From the NCBI GenBank assembly GCA_904063045.1, contig CAJFCJ010000029.1:186001-250000 (forward strand): a stretch of 64,000 bases of DNA. Reading direction: 5' to 3'. The notes beneath the pieces are model-generated. The model searched no databases. It worked only from the letters and a program-made list of their open reading frames with translations, and had not been told where the DNA came from. Of this stretch, positions 54,134-64,000 are shown piece by piece; the stretch's first letter is position 1, and each line of letters opens with the position of its first letter. A program made the translations under genes and the position numbers. This DNA is from Dimorphilus gyrociliatus. Lineage: Eukaryota > Animalia > Annelida.

Positions 54134-57100
54134 TTGAGCGTTACTGTATAAATATATAAGAGATGTAGTATAGAATATTAAAAATCTTATTTGAATTTTC
54201 CCGTATAAAATCACTACTTTTCAACGCTTCCGTAAAACGTTCCTCGAATGTATTTAAGGAAAAAAAAACGCCGCGCAGATTAGGATAAAGTCTTTCAAAA
54301 GCAGCTTTCTTTCGATTGTATGAAAGCCGTATAAACTCTTATTTTTTTTTCTTCTGATTAACTTTCTAGAGACGGACAAGGTCGGTCATTATTAAGAAGA
54401 TAGTAACAACAAGCAATCAAACGCTATATTAAATGATGTGTGGCCTTTTTCGATTAATAGACAGCAAATAATTTGTTGAGTAAACTTGTATTATTTTATA
54501 GACACGAAATTTTACGTAAATCAATAAAATTTTGACATCAATTGCCCATAATTGATTACCGGTGCCAGTATAGAGAAAGTGGAAATTTTTCAATTAACTA
54601 CCTAATTATCTGCTGCAGATGGCGCTGGTTCAAAAAAAAATAAACTAAATTATATAGGATATACCATTTATCGCATTCTCTTTCTAATCTAAATAATGAT
54701 AAGCAATGGTAAATTGTGAAAATTGTATCCTGGATCGGTCAGTTCAACTTTTGACTTCAGATGCAGTATTTATTGGTCTATCGTAAATTCAATTTGATTC
54801 CCTAGTCATTTTTCCATATATCCAATAAGCAAAATACACCAGACGAGTGCAAAGCGCAAAACCCCGAAGCTGTCTTTTCCATTCTTTCCAACGCCCTATT
54901 CTACTTTCAACAGAGTATAGGCTGTTGATTAATTAGGCGAGAAGCATTAATAGAAGATTTATATCACGTTCGTTTATAGTCGTTTTTTGTTGCAGACTGC
55001 GAATTGAGAGAAATACGTGGTGTCCCTCCTTCATTTTAACTCTGCTCTCTCAGCTTCTCTTATTCGCTGTTCGCTAGCCTCTCACTCTCAGTGTGTCTCT
55101 GTCTCCATCTCTTGCTAACCGTGTCTATGTATATCTCGCTGTCTCTACCATCTCTCTTTTCGCTCACCTTCTCATTTTCATTAGTCAATTTTATAGCGTC
55201 AAATTTCGATTTTTCTTCTATTAACTCACGCTATTACTTACCCGAATAAGGTCTATTGCATATATAATAAACACGTGCGGCGTTTACCTGCTATCGAGAC
55301 ATGGCCAAAAGATGCCAGATTATAGATGTATTATCCCGAAACAAAGCCGATTTACTCACAATAGCAATCCATTTATAAATAACGATCTGATAACATACCT
55401 GTTTGAACATTTTTTACCGCCGACCGAATCCACAAACTCGACAGTACTATATACAGCACTGTGTGTGTGTGACTACGTAGGTGATATTGATTTACGCCGA
55501 TAGGTGGCGTTCTACGAGAGAGGTCACAAGCTTTACCCGCGTTGCCTTCATTGATTTATTCATGGTGTTAAGCGTTCGGTGCATTGCAGTGCCATGCACC
55601 CAAACGTATATATCTAACATTTTACTTACTAATTTCTCAGCAGTTTGTTTTTCCTTTTAGAGCGGAATGCACAATCCTCCGTAGGCCTAAACAACGAGGT
55701 TGTGCCCATATGGGACAAGGTTATACAACGTTTCTGTAAATTTTACTTTTTATCAGCTTCAAAAGGAAAATTCGCTTTCTAATTTTATCTATAATTTAGA
55801 TTGTACAGAAAATTTCCTTGGCTCATTTTTCTTAATTCAGTAAATTTCACTGTAGCCAATGAATTTTTTTAAACTTTAAATAGCTTTGGGTAAAATAAGA
55901 GAAAGCAGATTTTTTAGCCTAGGGTCTTTGAAAATAGAGAAAAAAAAAGGTTTTTTTTACTAATAAAACAAGCTATCAAGAAAGATTACTATTAAAGAGT
56001 TACAAGTTGCTTTTAACCCTTTTCTCGTCTCTTATGGAAGTTGAGTAATAGTGCACTGTGCACCTTAATAAATAAATGTACATATACATTTGTTGCGAAA
56101 GATATGCTTTTCTATTTGCATTGCATCATTCTTTATAGAATGCTAAAACAGTGGTTTATGCAAGCACTCGTTTATTATATACTAATCTATAAATATACAA
56201 ACAACGTTATAGTTTTTGGATAAGATCTTAAGTTTAGACTTTGAAAGAGTTTAAAAAGGAAAACTATATAAAAAAAGAAACAATATGGAAACTTCAAGGA
56301 CAAAGGAATTGATCGAATCTGAAGAGATTCTCTATGATATAACAAGGTTGAGAAGCTCTAGCAATGATGCTCGTAGGAGCAACGCACGATGAATAGCAAA
56401 ATTATTAACTTATATAACAAAATAAAGGAATAATCTCTAAATTTTTACTAGTAATCTTTAAATTTTCATATTAATTTTCTTTAAATAATTAATACAATAT
56501 CTATGTTTTTGTGTTTTTTTTTTATCAACAATTCAATACGTGCTTATTGAGATTATTAAGAAGCATAAACCAGATTATTATTGATCAGGATAAATGTTTA
56601 TAATCAAAATTATTAACTGTATAAAAATATGCAATGACTACAAAACTTTTGCTTGTAATGATTGATGACAACAGAAATTCCATTTGTAGAACTAATAATA
56701 ATTCCTTTGGAGATTCTCTATTTCTACAAATTGAAAGAAATTGGGCAGGGAGGAGGAAAGGCGAAATCGGCTGGAAGGGAAGAAAAAACTCATTTTTAGA
56801 TTATCCTAAGAATTTGAAAATGACGTTTAAAGTATAATTTTCCCTTTTCAATAAATTTATGAATAATATATTATTGTAATTAATAGAAATCCGATAAGGA
56901 TTAAAGCTTTCTCGGTCACGAATATATTGATTTAAGTCTCACCTTTCTCTCTCATTCTCCTTTGAAAAGTTGGGAAATATCACTACGAACCTTAAGAGCA
57001 CAGTATATAAAAGGGAAGCAATTAAAAATTCTATAAAATACTTTATCGCACCAGGTAAATAGCCATTTATGTATATAAGAGATATAGTTGCTTTTTTTTT

Positions 57101-58713
57101 GAGCATATATTTCTCAGCCGAATTAACAAGGCTTTAAATCATTAAATGTAGACAATAATAGCCTTTCAAAGAGATTTTACATTCTTCACTCATAATACGA
57201 GAAAATGAATGGCATAAAAGGATTAGTAGGATTTTTATCCAAAGTAAAGAGTCTCTTGCTTCAAAAGTTTCTTATGAAAATTCCGTCATAATCCAAATCT
57301 TCACGTCATTAAGGGAATGAATTAGGGAAGAAAATAGTATTTTTATGCATGAAAATGAGCTCTATAACCAAATTCTACATTCTAAATACTCTAAACGTAC
57401 TTGTCATTAATAGTACTTCCGGAAATTCTAGTCCCCGTCTTACCTCATTTATCTTAAAGATATGCAAGAAGAATTATTGGATTTATCATAGGGATTGTAC
57501 TACTTTTCCTCTTAAATTATTAATTATTTATGACCATTATATAAAATATAGTTCTTATTTATTTCCATAGTGTTTGTCACGTAGCCAAGGGGGTATTTTT
57601 TACAGATATAGCTCACCATAAATTTTCTTTTTTCATTAATTAAATTAATTTCTGTCTTCTCCCTGGGAAACTAAGACAACGTAGTAAAAATACTATATCT
57701 CATTAATATAAATATCATGTTGATCAGCTTATTAACTTTTAACGGCCTTTTTTTTCCAAGCCATATTAATTAATGAACTGAAAAGAAGCTTTTTCAATAG
57801 TAAAGGTTAGTCAGTCATGAGTTAGTTGTATTCTTAAATTGATCAGTTTTTATACTTGATTAATTCAACAAAAATAAAAAGATCTGATTAAGATGTATAT
57901 TAATTTGATGAATTAATAATTAAAGAAGATTAACGTGATGTTAATGAGATTTTTCCCTTCATTCACCTCGCAGGTGTTACTTATAAAGAAATAAAAATGT
58001 CGCCTGCATTGAATTTTAGAGAGGGAGAAGGAGAATGTGACAGAGATAATGAAACTATTGTAGACAGAAGAAAAGATATAAAATAATCATATAATCTTCA
58101 ATGGTTAGGTGGAAAAATTTATTTCAATAATATTCAACAACGTATCAAATATATTTTATTATTACTTGTCTATATGATTTGTGACTGGAATTCAAGTTCT
58201 TGTAAATGGGAAAAAAATGCAAATAAACTAAATGAGACTCAGACGTACTTGAAAATCTCTCTCTCTCTCTCCCTTTTATTTTGCTTCTCGAATTCCTCAA
58301 CCTTCGTTAGAAACAAAATTCTTTCTTTTTCATAAAATATTAAGACAGGTTTTCTTTCCTTTTATTTCCCTTCTTTTCTCTTCTTGTCTTAAAGAGCGAA
58401 AAGAGAAAATATTATTTTTCCAATCAGCTTCATCATGTTTCTTTGCAAATAAAAAACGACCAAGGCGTCAACACGACAAAACGTTACTTATATGGGGCAA
58501 TCATGCAAGCCTAATTCGATTAGTCCAGTACAGCAGTAGCGTTATATACCGTCATACCGTGAATTGTAAGGACATTTCGTAGGTTTATTATCTCTTTAAA
58601 AATAGTGACAAGTTGCAGACTGGCAAGGTTCGCAGTAGCTACGAGCGATTTTTTTAGTTTTTATAAGGGCAAAAGAACAATAATAACGGTAACAAAAGAA
58701 ATAAGAACTTAAT

Positions 58714-59411
58714 TTAGACGTTCTTAGCTATTTCATCTGACCTACTCTTCCTTTTCTTACGTCTCCAGAATAAAATGACTAAAGTAAATGATAAAAGTAA
58801 AATAACTGAAGGCCATAATAAACCATGAACAACATCTGATAATTTATAGCGACGGTAACGAATCACTTTCGTTGGATCGGCTGGATTATACAGGCATGAT
58901 ATTAGAGTACCCTTTTTTGCAAATTCGTTCCTGTAGTTCTTGACGGCCATTTGGTTCTTTTCCTTTGAACTTTGACAGGTTGGAACGAACGAGCACTGTA
59001 AGAAAGATACGCAAAAGAAAAATACATTAGCAACTCTTTGGTAAATACACTTTGAACTTAATCGGACGCTAATTCTAAAATTTATTATACACAAGATAGT
59101 AAACTAAGATTGCATTGAGGCGCCATCTACTGTCTATATAAAATGTAGGCAGAAAAAGCAAGTTGTTTGTTTGTCAATGGCCCTGTCAATCTTTTAGCCA
59201 CGTATTCACTCAGTCCCATCACTCTATCTTTTACTTATATAGACTTTTATTATTTGTCATTTACTTTTGTTAGATCTTTTTTTAAACCTTTCTCTTTCTC
59301 ATTCTTGCTTATTCTTTCTTTTTTTCCTAATGTAAAGATGTATCTGTCTTTCGTCTCTTTTGCAGTATACCTATACATCTATATACATATATACTGTATA
59401 TATATATATAA

Positions 59412-59474
<63 letters not shown>

Positions 59475-60038
59475 ATATATAGAAATGCAAACGTCCGATA
59501 AATCGACGTGGTCTACAATGAAAAAAGATGGAAGCGATAAACTTTTATAAGCTTCTTATAGTCTTCAGCTAAAGCATTTTAGGAATGAAAGAACGTAACA
59601 ATCAATGAATCGTAGAAAGAATAAACAAGCGGTTTAGAATATATTAATTTAAAGAATGATTCGTCTTCTTGACACTTCCTTTTAGAACTTCAATAATGAC
59701 AATGGCGGAAATACAATTTAAAGGAGACGTCACAGTCGAATTAAACCTATATATTCGCAACGCTGCTCTTCGTTCGGCTTTTTCCCATTATCTAACAAGT
59801 GTCTACTTCAAAAACCGTCTAGAGCTTTTGATAGTTTTCTCTCGCTTGGCACAATGAGTAGCTTTTGATAAAAATTGTGCAAGAAGTAACGCTTCGTTCG
59901 CTCTCTTCCATTTGCTAAAGTAAATGTGAGGACTGTATATATATGCTCTATATATTTAAATATATAAATGTATATCTATGGCATATATATATATACTGTA
60001 TATATATTAATATATATATATATAACTATATATACTGT

Positions 60039-60077
<39 letters not shown>

Positions 60078-60875
60078 TATACATTCTGCGTTTTGACGTT
60101 AACTATGTATATATATACACTAAATAAAACGATGTACTTTACATTCTATACTTCCTGAGTAGTGAATCGCTAGATTACTTATATCCTTTTTCTCTTAATG
60201 TATCGCGTGCCGTTATATCAGGCTGATTAGCAATTTCTATCAACGGCTACCCATGATTAAATTTATCGTTTTACAGTGACGCACCTCGTTCACTAAATTT
60301 ACTTCATTTTCTTTTAGAATTGCTCGTTTTGGGCTGTTCCGATGGTCGATGAACTTGACCTCGAGATGAATGCAAAGATACGTAGAAGCACAGGATTTTC
60401 CACACGTACATTTCCTTTCTCCTTTCAGCCGCAGATTATCAGCAATACATGTTGAAGAGACGAAACGAGAGGCCTCAACCCAAGGATCTACTAGTAAAAC
60501 TCCAACGACAACCAACGTTACAGCAGAGCCTATTGTCAAGAGCCCCAGCCACGAGTACAGTGTCAAAGTACACAATTTGGCTTTTTCACAGGAAGAAAAT
60601 ATACTCTTCTCATACTCGTCTTCCGAGTCAATCATGCTGAGGCCGGAAAAAATTGATAATGACCTAGATAATTTCCGTGGAATAAAAGAGTGCTGCGGAA
60701 CGCTTAGCAGGTCCTTAGGCGTCTCCTGTTTCTTGATAAACGATGTTTGCTCCTCCTTCTCATCTCTCTTTGATATTTCGTCTTCATCGTGATCGCTGAT
60801 TTGAACTGTTGGTAGTTCAATATCAGAATCCGAGATCGGAGTAACAGTTAACGGTGGAACTACTAGAGAAGCCAT
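58714..60875 (-). CDS. Calcium-activated (BK) potassium channel beta subunit / TipE-like auxiliary subunit, about 290 aa
   Basis: Exons 60875-60285 and 58995-58714 (phase 0). Two TMs flanking a Cys-rich loop: TC...CTCGKSCASTYLC...CSFVPTC...CLYNPADP...LLWPSVIL, the KCNMB-type pattern. Extended acidic N-terminus. Confidence 0.85.
59118..59132 (-). promoter_or_regulatory. CTCF-like motif in the intron of the BK-beta-like gene
   Basis: Reverse complement CAGTAGATGGCGCCT. Confidence 0.45.
59376..59482. repeat. Interrupted (TA)n microsatellite, intronic
   Basis: Long TA tract with interruptions including TACTGTA; similar tract at about 59935-60080. Confidence 0.9.
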
Positions 60876-61862
60876 TGGTGAACGGCTCTAACAGCGTTTC
60901 TCTTGCGGTTAATCTTTGCTATCCCTTATTCACTTGATTGATAATGGTAGATCGTCATCGATCAAAATCGTAGAATATTTCTGAAGAGACGATCGAAGCG
61001 CTCGAGGGAAGTTTCGAAATTTTCGTAGTTTTATACACGCGTTGACGAGGCCATCTGCAATGCGTTTTTTCTTCCGCGGCGTTGCAGTCGGCGGCTTTAA
61101 TTCCGGTTACACTCGACCATCTTCATTTACTCTAAGATTACGACAAGGCGTCAATCAAGTTAACTAATTTTTAAGTAATTCGTTTCAACGTTCAGTGAAA
61201 CCATAAAACATTATTTTTTTTCTCTAGAATAAACCACAAGAATGTCTAACGAAAAAAAGAAATAAGTGGAATATAATATTGACGATGAAAAAGGGTTAAG
61301 AGCACGACGGCAAAAACCGTCTCCGATGGGACGCCTACGCACTTACACAATCTAACTAATCGAACTCAACACAAATTGATATGTCGATTTTTATATACAA
61401 GAAAATACGGTTAAGAGATTTTTTTCTGAAAAAAAAGCACATAAAAGGGTTAAGTAATACTTTCCCTTTATATTTTCATCCTTTAACACTTTCGATAAGA
61501 ACCAATTTATACAGCAAATAATAATAGACCAATAAAACGAAGTAACCAAACTGTAGAAGCTCAAGTATTTGAGATAATCGATATGATTATTTTGTCATTT
61601 TCTTCTCTTATCTCAAAATTAATTAATATATTAGGCTAAACGTATTCTAACACTAATACAATAATCTTTTCGCACATTTTCATAATGAGAATATAACAAA
61701 TCCCTTCTCTTATTGTAACAACCATGGTAATTTTACTAACAAGGCTATTATTATGATAGAAAAGGAAAAAGGTTGGTAAGTGAAAATCACATGACCATTG
61801 CAAAGGAGTTTATTCTGAAAAATATATAGGTTATAGTCTGCAAAAAATTTATCACGCTTGTT

Positions 61863-62927
61863 TTATTTTGCTTCCGCATCATTGAGTACAACATTTAGGT
61901 CAGTAAACGTGAAATTCCTAGCATGTAATTCCATCAATATTCCATCCACGTTGAGTAATTCGATCGAGAGTGATCTACTCGGTGATACTCTTCCTTTTTG
62001 AGCGTAAAATAAATGCTTGATTTCTTCCGAGTAAATAAATTTCAAAACTTCAGAGCCGGGTTCATTCCTTCCAGTTGAATGTTTTTTTACTGGAACCTTT
62101 GACGCCATAGTATCTCGATGACTATATCATGAGCTTCAAATGTCTCCTCTTTCGTATCCTTTTTATACCTGTTTACTTTTAATACAACTAAAGGTAAGAG
62201 TCGCTATTGCGTCTTTTTTGTATTAATAATATAACGTATTTATAAAAAATATATAAATTCATATATATATATATATATATACTAATATATATATATTTAT
62301 AATGCTTTGTATATGTGATATTGATTGATTGTCAGTTTCATTCAAGTTTACTACTGGTATTCATTCAAGAAATCGAACCTTCGCCTTCTGTGATATGAAA
62401 ACTGGCTCACGGGCAGAAGAACTTGTGTGGCAAGTACGAGCTGAAGAAGGGGGTTTGACTGAAGTTGTTGCAGGTCTCTGCTTTAGAATACTTGATATAG
62501 ACTTTCTACTGGAAGAAGAGCGGCTAACAATCGATACGTTATCAAAACTCCTTGTCATCTTTGCCGTTTTACTCCGGCGTCTCGCATCGGCTAATCTTTC
62601 ATTTATCATGGGCTCCCATGCGTTCTGAAATGTAGGTCTACGAACAACATCCGCATAAATATCCGGTAGACGATATAATTCCGCTTTTGGCTTTAATTTA
62701 GCCAATCGCAAGACAACGAGAGAATCTTCTGGATCGTAATAACGACTTATATACATACTTGATACGGCTTTGTTCACTTCATTCGAATATACGAACTTTA
62801 GATTTCCGTCAGAAGTTGTTCTATTGATTGCGTTCTTTCTATCCTGAAGAAATTTTAGTTGTGGATAGTTATATGATGATAAAAAATCTCTCTTATTCGC
62901 TTGAAATTTTCTTTGGTAAGAGTACAT
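61863..62927 (-). CDS. Uncharacterised protein-coding locus (188-aa ORF plus downstream coding-like segments; exon structure unresolved)
   Basis: ORF 62927-62361 has higher GC and protein-like composition with a Ser/Arg-rich C-terminal half. After an AT-rich intron-like stretch come an open segment (VLKVNRYKKDTKEETFEAHDIVIEILWRQRFQ*) and the 81-aa ORF 62108-61863 in a different frame. No recognisable domain. Confidence 0.45.
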
Positions 62928-64000
62928 GATTTAAACTAATCTACAGCTCATTCCTCCACTACCTCAACACGTTAAAAGGATTACATTGAAAGCAGATTAT
63001 ATAAGATTAAAAAGGATTTTAATACAGTTATACTAGGGTATATTTATTTATCGCTTAATCAGTTTTTATCCGCTAGATGGATAAAATCGGATGATAAAAA
63101 CATGGATTGGTCTTTGGCTACTTAAAAAATTTTCGGTCAATGCTAATCCTTTTCTTATAAAATTCATTATAAAACGGCAATAAATCGGGTTTTACTGAAA
63201 TGAATAGAAAGGGAAAAATGGGACTAGAAAAGTATCAGCGAGAAAATTTACACTTTCTAGTAGAGGAGGCGGGATGTGACATATCTAGTTTTGAGAATTT
63301 ACACTACTGCTATAATTTCCAGATAGACTCTCAATTCTTAATAATAGCTTCTATATAAGAGTAATTTTATAGGCCTGCTCTAGAGAACAAAAATTTTATG
63401 GGAGGGGACACAGCGCCATCTGTCGTTTTTAACATGAAACGTTTATCATATTCGAAATGCAATACTAGAAAAATATTACTGCTATCTATCAACATGTGCG
63501 GGACAATTACGAAAACATATTCTTATTTTCCATCAATATCCGAAGAATTTCCCCCTTTTAAGTACGCCTAGTCGTTACATGATTACTAAGCAATATTTTT
63601 AAGCCTAGGAAAAAAGCGGTTATACAGCGCCGCCAAGTTTATTTTTAGACGAGATCGAGCAACGCATTCGGCACAGCAAAATCCCTGTACGAGCCTGTTC
63701 TAGGCCTATCGCCAACCGCCTAGCTTTGAACCGAATTGAATAGTGTTAGTATTGTATATATAAGCGAAAATCGGCCAGTCAACATTGAACGCCTGCGTGC
63801 GGTGATTTTCAAAAACGATTTTTCTTCTATCGGATAAATGCCAGCTTGTTCCAGCGATGCTTTTCTATAAAAAGTAAGGGAAGAATGCGAAAGCTTTGCC
63901 CGTTTGTTCTCTCTTTCGTTCTCATCTACACTCCAGTTTATGGATTAACGGTGGCTGACGATAGGGAGGGATATATAGAATACGAAAATTGGCTAAGCTG

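Noticed and set aside
55577-55610. Small hairpin GGTGCAT...ATGCACC as a candidate miRNA precursor
   Set aside because: The stem is only about 7-11 bp, far shorter than a pre-miRNA, and matches no conserved miRNA I recognise.
60370-60792. 140-aa plus-strand ORF
   Set aside because: Antisense to the BK-beta-like first exon, which has clear family motifs.
62329-62628. 99-aa plus-strand ORF
   Set aside because: Antisense shadow of the longer minus-strand ORF 62361-62927.
1-64000. Prokaryotic-type systems (CRISPR arrays, operons, prophage, IS elements), rRNA and tRNA genes
   Set aside because: The window is intron-containing eukaryotic DNA. I saw no repeat-spacer array, cloverleaf with T-loop consensus, rRNA-like block or transposase/RT ORF by eye; a tRNAscan or Infernal run would be needed to exclude small RNAs.

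Overview
AT-rich (roughly 30% GC by eye), gene-dense eukaryotic DNA with short spliceosomal introns and many (TA)n/(CT)n microsatellites. It looks like a compact invertebrate animal genome; a miniaturised lophotrochozoan such as the annelid Dimorphilus is my inference only. Hand-built splice models with consistent intron phases give, in order: a non-alpha nicotinic acetylcholine receptor subunit (+), a secreted Spaetzle-like cystine-knot protein (-), a GRAMD2-like protein (+), a tandem array of three intact GT92 glycosyltransferases plus one decayed copy (-), CDC25 (+), a claudin/PMP22-family protein (-), ARNT (+), a small 2-TM protein (+), a NACHT/STAND-WD40 protein (-), a small N-acylated AKAP-like protein (-), a BK-beta/TipE-like channel subunit (-) and an uncharacterised gene (-). 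I saw no rRNA, tRNA, CRISPR array or intact transposon. The most unusual observation is a fully in-frame canonical splice path that could join the membrane-targeted AKAP module to the NACHT-WD40 protein. Others: calcineurin and PKA motifs in the channel beta subunit N-terminus, strong enrichment of CTCF-like motifs, RFX X-boxes upstream of CDC25 and ARNT and inside a GT92 intron, and recurrent Tc1/mariner-like excision-footprint motifs. All gene models and family calls come from reading the sequence; no database search was run.
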